Positions 36,177 through 46,269 of a DNA stretch of 64,000 nucleotides are shown here, piece by piece. The notes below the pieces were generated by a model. That model was given only the letters and a program-made list of their open reading frames with translations. It did no database searches and was not told the origin of the DNA. The first letter of the stretch is position 1, and each line of letters begins with the position of its first letter. Made by a program: the position numbers and the translations under genes. Source of the DNA: Candidatus Poribacteria bacterium (lineage in GTDB: Bacteria > Poribacteria > WGA-4E > WGA-3G); the NCBI GenBank assembly GCA_965242965.1, contig OZ251518.1, positions 4,128,001 to 4,192,000 on the forward strand, written 5' to 3'.

Positions 36177-37022
36177 ATGAAAGGACTCTTGAAAATTGCC
36201 ACGCTTTTCGGCATCGGAGGTTTGGTATGCCTTTTAATTTTCGCGTTACGCGAACCGCTGGCGCAAGATAAACCCGCCGGCGATGTCATCGCCACGAAGA
36301 CAGAACTCGGCGCGGCGAAACAGCGCGAGGTGAAGGAAGAAGCAGTGAAACGTAGCACGGCAATGCAACAACGTGCCGCGCGTACCCGACAACGCCAAAC
36401 TGACTTCGGCGAAAACGAAGCGTTTTATCGCGTCATCATTGACAATAATCTCTTTCGGCCCCTCGGCTGGAGAAAGCCGAATGAGGAACCGTCGTATAGC
36501 CTACTCGGCACCGTCGTTGACACAGACACCGGGATAGCCCAAGCGATTCTGCTGGAGAAACGCTCCAATCGCCATTACTTCGTCTCCATCGGCGAAAAAG
36601 TGGGCGACGTAACGGTGAAGGATATTCAACCCAAACAGGTTGTCTTGGACGAAGAGGGGAAGGCGATAACGCTGAAGGCGGGTTCACTACAGTTTCTGAC
36701 TCGGCAGCGGGGAAGCGGCCGCGGTGCTGAAGCACGCGACAGCGAAGCCGCTAAAGGCAACGAAGGCGAGCAAGCCGCAGCGAACGCTAAGAAAGCGGCT
36801 GCCAACGCGAATCCGCAGGCTAACCGATTCAGCGGGAATCCAGAACTCGCCGAAAAGTGGCGGAACGCCTCACCGGAAGACAGGCGGAAAATCGAGGAGT
36901 ATATGCGAAACCAGCGCGCTGAACGGCGAGAACAGAGAGAAAAGACTCGTGAGGAAAACCGCGGTAATAGAGGCAGTAGAAGAGCACGAGGTGCCAGAGG
37001 TGACCGCGGGAGAGATAGGTAA
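36177..37022 (+). CDS. GspC N-terminal-like protein with Arg/Glu-rich tail
   Basis: TM; FYRVIIDNNLFRPLGW; YSLLGTVV..AIL..YFVSIGEKVGDVTVKDIQPKQVVL; paralogue of 30974-31459. Confidence 0.7.
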   Translation: MKGLLKIATLFGIGGLVCLLIFALREPLAQDKPAGDVIATKTELGAAKQREVKEEAVKRSTAMQQRAARTRQRQTDFGENEAFYRVIIDNNLFRPLGWRKPNEEPSYSLLGTVVDTDTGIAQAILLEKRSNRHYFVSIGEKVGDVTVKDIQPKQVVLDEEGKAITLKAGSLQFLTRQRGSGRGAEARDSEAAKGNEGEQAAANAKKAAANANPQANRFSGNPELAEKWRNASPEDRRKIEEYMRNQRAERREQREKTREENRGNRGSRRARGARGDRGRDR

Positions 37023-37074
37023 TATCAAATTCGGTTGAATTGTGAGGGCGGAGTCGAGAAACGGCCTCCCTTCT

Positions 37075-37600
37075 GCGTAGGGCGAGGGCCTGTCCCTCGC
37101 CATGCTGCGATCGCGGGGGAAACCCGCTCGGATGCGCGTATGGCATCCGAGGGCCCCCGCGCTACGGTGAAAAAAACGCCATCCCCTTACCGTAGGGCGA
37201 GGGCCTGTCCCTCGCCATGCTGCGATCGCGGGGGACAGGCCCCCGCGCTACGATAAAAAACGTCTCTTAGGTCCGTAGGACCTTAATGTCTATAGCACGC
37301 GTGCTAGCGAAGAAGCCTAAGGTCCTTTAGGTCCTTAATGTGTTTTGATGCACCGCGTGTTTTCCTATTAAGGACCTAAAGGACCTTGAAAACGGGCCGA
37401 TACGTTTTTCTATAGACATTAAGGTCCTAAAGGACCTAAAACGCCACCGCTTGACGATGGAGATCGCGGGGGACAGGCCCCCGCGCTACGGTACCGGGAG
37501 GGTTTCTGAGTCGAAAAATGCCCCCCCTTCATCGTAGGGCGAGGGCCTGTCCCTCGCCATGCTGCGATCGCGGGGGACAGGCCCCCGCGCTACGGGAAAA
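37075..37600. repeat. REP mosaic with AGGTCC/CTATAG element (about 37266-37441)
   Basis: Direct inspection. Confidence 0.9.
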
Positions 37601-37681
37601 AACGGTCCCCTACCTGTCCCTAAATAGCCGCGCGACATATTTGCCGGGACGGATACCCAATCCGCCCCGGCATGCACACTC

Positions 37682-38500
37682 TTAAGCCGCCTGCACAGCG
37701 TTCGCCGGCATGTTTTCTAGCCGCGAAAGCCAGTAACCGACATCAAATGCATCATCACCGATGAGGAACCGCCACTGCTTAATGCGGTTGACAATCTCAA
37801 GCCGCACATCGTTGCCATACCATTTGTGGTTCCTGCCCAGAATGCCGTGGATAGGCGCGGTGTCAATATCCTCCGTATTCCAGAGCCGAAGCTGGCGCAC
37901 CGTCGGGTTGAGGCGCAGTTTGAACATATAGCGCGTCCTGTCGGTGAGGTTCGGCTGCGCGCAGTGCCACATCCCGTGATGCACGACGAGAAGCGTGCCT
38001 GCCTTGCAGACCACGGGGTGCTGCCCAAGGAAGTTCTGGTAACGCGCGATGTCTGTCTCGCAGACCCGGCGGTAATGGCTTCCCGGCAGAATCATCGTGC
38101 CGCCCATCTCCCGCGGCGTGTCATGCGAGAAATAGAAGAATTGGATGTCAAAGTGCATCCGCAAATCGATGATAGCATCGGCGTGCCAAATCTGTCCCGT
38201 TTCGTTCTGCGGCCGCACAATATGCACGGCGTGATGATCATAGAGGGGGGCCTCGCCGACGAGACTGTGGACAATTCCCTGCACTTCCGGCATCCGGAAA
38301 ACCTTGCCGACAGCGGAGTCATCGTCCCAGACTTCGTCCAGCACCGTTCCACCGCGTCCGCGCACAACCAACCCATTTTCCATCTCGGCGTGCGCGGCTT
38401 CGTTCAATTCGCGCGGAATCAATTCGTCAAAGCGAAGGTAGCCGTCTGCTACAAAATTCGCCATCTGTTCTGTCGTGAGCAAATGCTTTTTGTCACTCAT
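37682..38500 (-). CDS. PhyH-family dioxygenase
   Basis: FVADGYL, IWHAD, GGTMILPGSH, GMWHC and RYMFKLR. Confidence 0.9.
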   Translation of the reverse strand: MSDKKHLLTTEQMANFVADGYLRFDELIPRELNEAAHAEMENGLVVRGRGGTVLDEVWDDDSAVGKVFRMPEVQGIVHSLVGEAPLYDHHAVHIVRPQNETGQIWHADAIIDLRMHFDIQFFYFSHDTPREMGGTMILPGSHYRRVCETDIARYQNFLGQHPVVCKAGTLLVVHHGMWHCAQPNLTDRTRYMFKLRLNPTVRQLRLWNTEDIDTAPIHGILGRNHKWYGNDVRLEIVNRIKQWRFLIGDDAFDVGYWLSRLENMPANAVQAA

Positions 38501-38519
38501 GTGTTTCCTCCAAAACTTG

Positions 38520-38765
38520 CGGTATCGGGAGCAGAATTCCCGCCTACCTCATCGAGACCGCCTACCTCATCGAGACCGGGAGGTCTCTCCTACGGGTGTC
38601 TGGGTAGGAGGGACATCCTTGTCCCGATACGCACATCGAGACCGGGAGGTCTCGCCTACGGGTGTCTGGGTAGGAGGGACATCCTTGTCCCGATACAAAA
38701 AATCGAGACCGGGAGGTCTCTCCTACCTCGGTGTATCAAGACCGGGAGGGCCCGCCTACCGGTTC
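38520..38765. repeat. REP mosaic (GTAGGAGAGACC and GTAGGAGGGACATCC families)
   Basis: Tandem duplicated doublets. Confidence 0.88.
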
Positions 38766-39029
38766 CAGTTTCTCCAGAATATACTCAAACCGAAGATACG
38801 AGGTATGATACTCCATGCCGGGATAGGCAGGGAATTGTTGCGGGAACTGAATGACGCGCCACCCATCTTTCATCGCCTCCAGCACGGAGGAGTAGGGTGG
38901 AGTTTCGCTGTCCCCAGTAGTATGCCTGACTGCGCCTGTGCCATCGTAAATCGCCCAGGCGACAACGCCGCTGTTCAAATCTGGTGTGTGCAGATACAGC
39001 ACCAGCAGTTTCTGTCTTAATTGAGACAT
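38736..39029 (-). CDS. Small conserved hypothetical protein upstream of PhyH gene
   Basis: LRQKLLVLYL..WAIYDGTG..PPYSSVLEAMKDGWRVIQFP..EYILEKL; last residues are repeat-derived. Confidence 0.75.
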   Translation of the reverse strand: MSQLRQKLLVLYLHTPDLNSGVVAWAIYDGTGAVRHTTGDSETPPYSSVLEAMKDGWRVIQFPQQFPAYPGMEYHTSYLRFEYILEKLEPVGGPSRS

Positions 39030-39128
39030 GTGAAGAGTTGACCTTTCTGGGTTTGGATTCCTGATTCCGTTATCTCTGTCAAAACGATTCAGTACCGTGC
39101 ATCCCAGAACCGAATCGTCGTGTTATCT

Positions 39129-39902
39129 TTATCGCGTCGCTTGTGCCCGAATCTGGCCCCACGTCGTGACGAGTTTGCCACCCGGTTGCACATCCAACGC
39201 CACCGAGATGCCATCGTCCATGAGCTCCTTAATTTCCTGCTCGCTGAGGGCTCTGGCGTAAAGGATAACTTCGTCAATCGTGCCTGTCATCCAGTAACCG
39301 CCGATATCACAACCGCCGATAAAGAAAACGTTATCGTGGTTATCGGGTTTTGTGCCGGGCGAGACTTCGGCATCGACTTCGCCGTTCAGATAGAGTTTGA
39401 AATCAGAACCATCGTAAGTGCCGGCGACGTGATGCCACTCTCCGTCCGTGATAGCGGTTTTCGCATCAAACGATTTCCATCCCGCATTCGTCGTGAAGGA
39501 ATAGTGGACGACACCGGTGTTGATATTGCCGAACAATCCGTAGTTGCGTCCGGTCGGATTGCGATTCTCTTTGGAGGCGATAATCTGCCACTTCCCGGAA
39601 ATTTTCGGGATGTTGACATAGGCGGCGAGGGTGAATGTCTCCAAGTCCAGCGCGTCGTCATCGGTGACTGTCACCATATCGGCACCGCCGAATTCCATGG
39701 CACCGCCAAATTTTCCTTCCACCCACTTCGGTTTTCCCTGGGCGATTTCGCCATCCAAGCCGTTATCCGATGCATCGGTGACTGCGTTGCCTTTGCCTTC
39801 ATCAAGCAGCCAAGCACCAACGAGCCCATCTGTATCCAATGCCATCAGCGATGGCGTTATTGCAAACAGGCTCAGTATGAGAAGGGTTAGCATTTTGTTC
39901 AT
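39129..39902 (-). CDS. Secreted LamG/concanavalin-A-like domain protein
   Basis: LVGAWLLDEGKG, WVEGKFGGAMEF, EWHHVAGTYDG, IDEVILYARALS and tail GKLVTTWGQIR. Confidence 0.92.
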   Translation of the reverse strand: MNKMLTLLILSLFAITPSLMALDTDGLVGAWLLDEGKGNAVTDASDNGLDGEIAQGKPKWVEGKFGGAMEFGGADMVTVTDDDALDLETFTLAAYVNIPKISGKWQIIASKENRNPTGRNYGLFGNINTGVVHYSFTTNAGWKSFDAKTAITDGEWHHVAGTYDGSDFKLYLNGEVDAEVSPGTKPDNHDNVFFIGGCDIGGYWMTGTIDEVILYARALSEQEIKELMDDGISVALDVQPGGKLVTTWGQIRAQATR

Positions 39903-39917
39903 GAAAAGTCTCCTGTT

Positions 39918-40172
39918 AAAACGGGCCTGTTGAGGGACAGGCCCTCAACCTACGCGCGAAACTAACGGGCCTGTTGAGGGACAGGCCCTCAACCTACGCA
40001 CGCGCGCATTTTTAAACTAACGGGCCTGTTGAGGGACAGGCCCTCAGCGTTTCACTACCGTAGCGCGAGGGCCTGTCCCTCGCGAACCCTCAACGTTTTA
40101 ATACCGTAGCGCGAGGGCCTGTCCCTCGCGAAAACGGGCATGTTGATAGGCTGTCCCTCAACCTACGCGCGC
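39918..40172. repeat. Locally amplified REP variant (aacgggcctGTTGAGGGACAGGCCCTCAACCTAC x4)
   Basis: Copies at about 39919, 39964, 40019 and 40133. Confidence 0.88.
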
Positions 40173-40184
40173 GTCACGCATTTG

Positions 40185-41480
40185 TTAAACTTCGGTGCCG
40201 GCAGGAATGGTTGCATCTTTTGGGACGATGACAATTCCATCGCGGATGTAGAAGTTGTCTCCATCGTAATTATCAGTGCCGTCGCGGTTAACAATTACCG
40301 AATTATCGCCGATCCGTGCATTTTTGTCAATGATCGCGTTCTGAATCAGGCACTTCTCTCCTATTCCGACGTTCGGAACGCCATCCTGCGCGTTTTGTGC
40401 GCGTTGCGCCTCCGATTCGTAGTAGTCCGCGCCCATCAGCACCGATTGATAAACGCGGCTGCCGCTGGAGATAACACTCCGAATCCCGACAATCGTCCGG
40501 TCCAATTCCGAATCGTCAATGATAGAACCCTCGGCAAGGATGGAAGAACGAACGCTACTGCTGTTCACTTTCGTGCTCGGCAGATGGCGGCGGTTGGTAT
40601 AGATGGGTGCCTGTTCATCGTAAAAATTGAACGCCGGTGCGATATCCGTGAGCGCGATATTCGCCAAATAGAAGGAACGGATAGTGCCGATATCCTCCCA
40701 ATAGCCATCAAAAAAGTAGGCGGAAACCCGACGCGTCCCAATGGATTTCGGGATGATGTCTCTGCCAAAATCGACGTTTGAGTCATCTTGGAGGACCTCT
40801 TGCAACACCTCGCGGTTAAAAATATAAATGCCCATGGAGGCGATGTATTCCCTGCCATGTGGTTCAATGCCGCGTGAGGTAAAGACATTGGGGGAAACCC
40901 GCAGCTGCAGCAGTTCTTCTTGCGTCTGCGGTTTCTCCACGAAATCGGTGATGCGGCCATCGGCATCGGTTTGCAGAATACCGAGCCCACTCGTCACCTC
41001 CTCGTCCACAGGAATAACAGAGACGGTGATGTCGGCGTTCGTTTCCGTGTGGACCTGGAGCATTTTACGGTAGTCCATCCGATAGAGATGGTCTCCTGCA
41101 AGAATGAGGACGTATTCATCGGGGAACCGTGGGTTCAAAATATACGGTTGATTGTGCTTGACGGCATCCGCCGTGCCTTGATACCATTCTTCGCCCATCA
41201 ACGTTTGTTGCGCCGCCAGAATCTGCACGAACCCGCGGCGATAGGTATCAAACCGGTATGTCTGCGCGATGTGCCGATTCAACGAAACCGAGTTGAACTG
41301 CGTAAGGACATAGATGCGTTCCAGTCCGGAATGAAAGCAGTTGCTAATCGGGATGTCAACAAGCCGGAATTTCCCGGCGATGGGGACGCTCGGTTTGGCG
41401 CGGTCGCGAGTGAGTGGAAACAGGCGTGTGCCACGGCCACCGCCAAGGATAACTGCAATAACGTTTTCTGTTGTTCGCAT
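40185..41480 (-). CDS. glgC: Glucose-1-phosphate adenylyltransferase
   Basis: ILGGGRGTRLFPLT..RAKPSVP, WYQGTADAV, FVEKP, ASMGIYIF, YWEDIGT. Confidence 0.97.
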   Translation of the reverse strand: MRTTENVIAVILGGGRGTRLFPLTRDRAKPSVPIAGKFRLVDIPISNCFHSGLERIYVLTQFNSVSLNRHIAQTYRFDTYRRGFVQILAAQQTLMGEEWYQGTADAVKHNQPYILNPRFPDEYVLILAGDHLYRMDYRKMLQVHTETNADITVSVIPVDEEVTSGLGILQTDADGRITDFVEKPQTQEELLQLRVSPNVFTSRGIEPHGREYIASMGIYIFNREVLQEVLQDDSNVDFGRDIIPKSIGTRRVSAYFFDGYWEDIGTIRSFYLANIALTDIAPAFNFYDEQAPIYTNRRHLPSTKVNSSSVRSSILAEGSIIDDSELDRTIVGIRSVISSGSRVYQSVLMGADYYESEAQRAQNAQDGVPNVGIGEKCLIQNAIIDKNARIGDNSVIVNRDGTDNYDGDNFYIRDGIVIVPKDATIPAGTEV

Positions 41481-41483
41481 AGG

Positions 41484-42089
41484 TTACAGACTCCCTTTCG
41501 TCGATAGCACCCCCGTGATGCGTTCGTCAAGGCGCGTCGCAATGTCCAACGCCTTCGCAACCGCCTTAAAAATCGCCTCGATGATGTGGTGCCGATTCGT
41601 GCCGTAGGGGACGTTGATATGCAACGTTGTCCCGCTATGGTTGACAAATCCGTGAAAAAATTCCTCAGCGAGTTCAATGTCGAAATTGCCGACTTTGCCG
41701 TATTTGAGCGGCGTATCGTAGTGCAGATGGGGGCGGCCGCATACGTCCAAATCCACCTGAGCGAGGGCTTCATACATCGGCACGGTGAAACTGCCGAACC
41801 GCTGCATCCCGGTTTTATCCCCCACCGCTTCGTGAAGTGCCATGCCCAAGCAGATGCCGACATCTTCGGTGGTGTGGTGTGCATCGACGTGTAAATCCCC
41901 GGTAGCTTCAACCTCAAGGTGAAAAAACCCGTGTTTTGCGAAGAGTTCCAACACGTGGTCCAAAAATCCTACGCCGGTGTTGATGTTAGCTGTGCCTGTT
42001 CCGTCAAGCGTGAGGCGGAGTCGGATTTGGGTTTCTGCCGTTTTCCGCGTAATTTCTGCTTGTCGGAGGTGTTTCGTTGTTTGAGCCAT
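41484..42089 (-). CDS. hisB: Imidazoleglycerol-phosphate dehydratase
   Basis: RKTAETQI, GFLDH, DAHHTTEDVG, NRHHIIEAIFKA, STKGSL. The upstream part of the tracked ORF is repeat-derived. Confidence 0.96.
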   Translation of the reverse strand: MAQTTKHLRQAEITRKTAETQIRLRLTLDGTGTANINTGVGFLDHVLELFAKHGFFHLEVEATGDLHVDAHHTTEDVGICLGMALHEAVGDKTGMQRFGSFTVPMYEALAQVDLDVCGRPHLHYDTPLKYGKVGNFDIELAEEFFHGFVNHSGTTLHINVPYGTNRHHIIEAIFKAVAKALDIATRLDERITGVLSTKGSL

Positions 42090-42144
42090 ATTATACCTTG
42101 AAAACGTTGTTTTGTGCAATAATCTTTCGCGTTCTGTTGCTCCC

Positions 42145-42390
42145 GCGGCATGGCGGGGGACAGGCCCCCGCCCTACGTTATAATACGGGTTTCCGCGTCC
42201 GTAGCGCGAGGGCCTGTCCCTCGCGAGCGTTGTAAAGAACGGTTGCCTTGGGTCCCGGCATGGCGGGGGACAGGCCCCCGCCCTACAGGCCAATAGAGGT
42301 TTCCGCGTCCGTAGCGCGAGGGCCTGTCCCTCGCGAGCGTTCGGTTTATCCCGCGGCATGGCGGGGGACAGGCCCCCGCCCTACAGGCCA
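42145..42390. repeat. REP mosaic between glgP and hisB
   Basis: GGCGGGGGACAGGCCCCCGCCCTAC x3 and GTAGCGCGAGGGCCTGTCCCTCGCG x2. Confidence 0.9.
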
Positions 42391-42402
42391 AGGAGTTATC
42401 CC

Positions 42403-45039
42403 CTATACCCACTTCACCAATCCCAATTCATACGGCGATTGCAAATCTTCATGATACGGTAGGACGCGCAGCGTCCAACCATGCAACCCCGTCTGTTGCA
42501 AGACGAGCGTTCCCTCAAAGAGATGGGCTCCACCGTCGAGTTCCCCGCGGGATTCCATTGCGACAACGTTGCCGTTGCGAATTTCGCCTGCCTCGTCTAA
42601 TACGCCGTGATAAATCTGAACCGCCAATTCGTGCGGCGATAACGCGCCGGTGTGAACAACCGCCTGCACAAGCACAGATTCGCCTACGCCGAATTCACCG
42701 TTTTGCCTGCCGAGTCCTGCCGATGTGGGTTCGGTTGTTCTCTCCTCAATGCGGAGTCCGTGCCAGTGGTTACGGATGTGCGATTTCCAATGCGCTAACG
42801 CAACGCTGCGTTGCGCGCTGTCCTGATTGAGATGCTGTGAGCGTCGGTGCGCTGGAAAATAGAGCTGCTCCGCATACTCCGAGACCATCCGTTTTGTATT
42901 GAAAACCGGTGCAAGGTTTTGCATCGCATCCTTCATCCGCGCCACCCAAGCATAAGGAACATCGTCAACCGGGTGCCGTTCATAAAAGAGCGGGACAATT
43001 TCCTTTTCAAGGAGTTCATAGATGGAGTTGGCGTGCGCCTTGTCAACGGAGCCCGGGTCTTCCGCGACCGGGCTGGCTTCAATTGTCCAGCCGCCGCACG
43101 TTTTTGTATTGCGCAAGGCGTTCGGTGTGCGGGATTGGTGTAAGCGTAACCTGTCCTCAATGTTGTCACTGGCTACGTCTTCTGCTTCTGCCCACCACCC
43201 ATCGGCGATGCTAAGGTTCAGCACACCGTTGGCGGCCGCTTTCATCCCACTCGTCCCACTCGCCTCATTTGGAGGTAAGGGGTTGTTGAGCCAGACATCT
43301 ACGCCTTCAACGAGGTAGCGGCCGACACAAATGTCGTAGTTCTCGATGAAAACGATTTTATGCTGGAACCGCGGTTCGGCGGCGATGCGGCAGATACGCT
43401 GGATGAGCAGTTTGCCTTCGTAGTCGTGCGGATGCGCCTTCCCGGCGAAGATGAGTTGCACGGGCCGTTCAGGATTGTTGAGGATTTTATCCAGTCTATC
43501 AACATCTTGGAACAGCAGCGTGGCGCGTTTGTAAGTCGCGAATCGGCGGGCAAACCCGATAGTCAACGCCGCTGAGTTGAGGATTTTCTCGGGGGCGGCG
43601 GTTCTAGCCTGCCGCTGCCGTGCGAAGGCGATGAGCCGTTCGCGGCGGCGTTCATGCGTCCGCCAGAGTTCCGTATCCGGAATCTGCGAGATCTGCGTCC
43701 AAACGGCTTGGTTCGTTAAATCGACAATCCATCGCGGGCCGAGGTATCTGTCAAACAGACTCTGCATATCGCCAGATACCCAAGAGCGGGTGTGGATGCC
43801 GTTTGTAATCGCGCCGATAGGCACTTCATGCACGGGGAGTCCGGGCCAGAGCCCTTTCCACATCTCGCGCGCCACACGGCCGTGTAATTGACTCACGCCG
43901 TTGCACATTGCGGAGAGCCGCAGCGCGAGCAGCGCGGGACTGAAATCGCTGTTGGCATCGGCGGGGTTTGCCCTGCCTAAGCCGAGGAACATCTCCTCTG
44001 AAACACCTAGCGCGCCGTAATACCCACCAAAATAGTAATTCACCAGATTCGGCGGAAACCAATCGATACCGGCAGCCACCGGCGTATGCGTCGTGAAGAT
44101 ATTCCCGGCCCGGGTCGCTTCGCACGCCGCGTGGAAATTGATGCCGGTTTCCCGCATCAACTGCAGAATGCGTTCAATCGCGAGAAACGCCGCGTGCCCC
44201 TCGTTCATGTGACAGACGGTGGGACGAATGCCGAGCGCGGTGAGGGCCCGATACCCACCGATGCCGAGCAGCATCTCCTGTTTGATGCGCATCCGTTCAT
44301 CGCCGCCGTAGAGATAATCGGTGATGTTCCGCAACTCATCGTTCTGGTTTTCGGCGATGTTGGTATCCAGCAGATATAACGGGACGCGCCCGACTTGCGC
44401 ACACCACACCTTCGCATACGCCTTTCCCTCCGGATAGTCAACTTCGACTAAGAGGGGATTGCCATCTTCGCCGCGGGCGGCTTGGACAGGCATGTTGTAG
44501 AAGTCGTTCAGCGGATAATCCGCCAATTGCCAGCCGTCTGTCGTGAGCCGCTGACGAAAATAGCCGTGCTGATAGAGCAACCCTACTGCAACGAAGGGCA
44601 ACCCTAAATAACTGGTGGATTTGAGATGGTCTCCTGCAAGAACCCCCAACCCGCCGGAATAGAGCCGCATGCACTCTGTCAACCCGTATTCCATTGAAAA
44701 ATAGGCGATTTTCAGGGCGGTGAGCGACGCATCGGCGGCGCATGTTGTCTCAAACCACGACGGCGCGGTCCGGTAGGTTTTGAATTTTTTGTGGACTACG
44801 TCAAGGCGTGCGAGGAACGCCTCGTTTTTGGCGGCAGCGTCTAACTGCGCTTGGGACATCTGTCCGAGCATCGCGACCGGGTTGTGGTAAGTTTTCTCCC
44901 ACAGCTCCGTATCAAGGTACCGGAAAAGCGTCAGTGCTTCCCTATCCCAGGTCCACCACAAGTTTTCGGCGAGTTCGCGTAGCGGTTCAAGTTTCTGCGG
45001 TAACGCCGGCACCACAGTGAGTTGGCGAAGTGGCTTCAT
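42403..45039 (-). CDS. glgP: Alpha-glucan (glycogen) phosphorylase
   Basis: AYFSMEYG, YSGGLGVLAGD, HMNEGH, ARRFATYKR and PLP motif EASGTSGMK. Confidence 0.96.
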   Translation of the reverse strand: MKPLRQLTVVPALPQKLEPLRELAENLWWTWDREALTLFRYLDTELWEKTYHNPVAMLGQMSQAQLDAAAKNEAFLARLDVVHKKFKTYRTAPSWFETTCAADASLTALKIAYFSMEYGLTECMRLYSGGLGVLAGDHLKSTSYLGLPFVAVGLLYQHGYFRQRLTTDGWQLADYPLNDFYNMPVQAARGEDGNPLLVEVDYPEGKAYAKVWCAQVGRVPLYLLDTNIAENQNDELRNITDYLYGGDERMRIKQEMLLGIGGYRALTALGIRPTVCHMNEGHAAFLAIERILQLMRETGINFHAACEATRAGNIFTTHTPVAAGIDWFPPNLVNYYFGGYYGALGVSEEMFLGLGRANPADANSDFSPALLALRLSAMCNGVSQLHGRVAREMWKGLWPGLPVHEVPIGAITNGIHTRSWVSGDMQSLFDRYLGPRWIVDLTNQAVWTQISQIPDTELWRTHERRRERLIAFARQRQARTAAPEKILNSAALTIGFARRFATYKRATLLFQDVDRLDKILNNPERPVQLIFAGKAHPHDYEGKLLIQRICRIAAEPRFQHKIVFIENYDICVGRYLVEGVDVWLNNPLPPNEASGTSGMKAAANGVLNLSIADGWWAEAEDVASDNIEDRLRLHQSRTPNALRNTKTCGGWTIEASPVAEDPGSVDKAHANSIYELLEKEIVPLFYERHPVDDVPYAWVARMKDAMQNLAPVFNTKRMVSEYAEQLYFPAHRRSQHLNQDSAQRSVALAHWKSHIRNHWHGLRIEERTTEPTSAGLGRQNGEFGVGESVLVQAVVHTGALSPHELAVQIYHGVLDEAGEIRNGNVVAMESRGELDGGAHLFEGTLVLQQTGLHGWTLRVLPYHEDLQSPYELGLVKWV

Positions 45040-45078
45040 CAAATACGTTTCTCCTCCCGACGCGCATTGAAAGCGCGC

Positions 45079-45303
45079 CTACTGGGAATTATCCGCGGTT
45101 CCCGTTTTGAGCGTCAGGTAGACACCGCGGTTCCGTTTTTCAAAGACTAGGTTTTCCTCACGTGCGAGCCAGCCGATGCCCATGAGCACCAGCCGTTCAC
45201 TTCCATCAATGTCCCGGATGAGTTTGCTCACCGTGGCTTCGCCGTGTTCCTCTAAATAGTGCCAGATTTCGCCAGCGACTTTTCCAATATCGTCTTGCAT
45301 CAT
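45079..45303 (-). CDS. Small winged-helix protein (DUF2582-like)
   Basis: IGKVAGEIWHYL...MGIGWLAREENL. Confidence 0.85.
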   Translation of the reverse strand: MMQDDIGKVAGEIWHYLEEHGEATVSKLIRDIDGSERLVLMGIGWLAREENLVFEKRNRGVYLTLKTGTADNSQ

Positions 45304-45359
45304 TTTTCCTCCGTGCGGGTTATCGTTTCACAAAGATTTTGTGCACCAATCCATTATAT

Positions 45360-45388
45360 ATTATAGACTGATTTCGCGCCGATGTCAA
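45360..45388 (-). promoter_or_regulatory. Consensus sigma70 promoter for wHTH-glgP
   Basis: TTGACA-17 bp-TATAAT. Confidence 0.7.
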
Positions 45389-45485
45389 GAGAAAATCAAT
45401 GTTTCTGCACCGTGCAAAAATTCGCTTGCTTTTTCATCGCAAATCTGCTAAAATCCACGTAAATCCAAAGGAGACAGGTGCAAAA

Positions 45486-46223
45486 ATGCGTATCAGAAAT
45501 TTCGTTATCTTCTTCACGGTGTTGGCGTTCGGCATGGCGGTTTCCATGAATGTGTCGGCGGAACTGCTGTTCCACGATGATTTTGAGAAAGATGAGCTTG
45601 GACAAGAGCCCGCGAAATGGGAGCTCGGGCACGATGGCAGCACGAAGGCAGAAGTCGTCGCAGACCCGAGGGATGCCAGCAATAAAGTGCTTTTAACAGC
45701 CGATAAAGGATCGAACGCCTCGCGGCATGATGTCGGCGGCTCCATCTATGTCGTCGGTGATGCCAACTGGGACGATTACGTCGCCGAATGGGACATGATG
45801 TTTCCCGATGACTTTTACATGGGGGTTGTCTTTCGCTTTCAGGATGGCGAGAAGTTCTATCTGAGCGACCGGCGGCAAGGCGGCAGAGACTATCATTTCT
45901 ACAAACGGCAAGGCGGCTGGGCGCAAGTCCAAGCCGGGATGGTGGAAAATGAACCGGAGGTATGGTATCGCGCGCAACTCACGCTAGCCGGCGATGAATT
46001 CACCTTCAAACTGAAAGAACGGAAGGACAAAACGTCGTTTGACAGGCTTGATGCAGCGACTGAAGGTTCGGATGCTACCTTCAAAACCGGCAAGTTCGGC
46101 AATTACGGCCTCGTCTATATTGATAACCTCTTCATTGGGGATTCCGTGGAAGATCTGGTTTTGCCGGTGGATGCACGGGATAAATTGAGCGTCACGTGGG
46201 GTGCTATGAAAGCGCGTTATTAG
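45486..46223 (+). CDS. Secreted beta-jelly-roll (LamG/DUF1080-like) protein
   Basis: Signal peptide; LFHDDFE, WDDYVAEWD, GVVFRFQD, VYIDNL and tail DKLSVTWGAMK. Confidence 0.8.
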   Translation: MRIRNFVIFFTVLAFGMAVSMNVSAELLFHDDFEKDELGQEPAKWELGHDGSTKAEVVADPRDASNKVLLTADKGSNASRHDVGGSIYVVGDANWDDYVAEWDMMFPDDFYMGVVFRFQDGEKFYLSDRRQGGRDYHFYKRQGGWAQVQAGMVENEPEVWYRAQLTLAGDEFTFKLKERKDKTSFDRLDAATEGSDATFKTGKFGNYGLVYIDNLFIGDSVEDLVLPVDARDKLSVTWGAMKARY

Positions 46224-46269
46224 AGTCTCTCTTGGCGCGTAAAGCGAGGAGATGTCTCTTGCATTCCTG

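Noticed and set aside
37826-38854. Long antisense ORFs (also 28982-29926, 19731-20519, 22064-22840, 39120-39890)
   Set aside because: Shadow frames opposite well-supported genes in GC-rich DNA.
39918-40172. CRISPR-like ~37-bp repeats
   Set aside because: The spacers are short and irregular, and the repeat is a local REP variant ending in CTAC.
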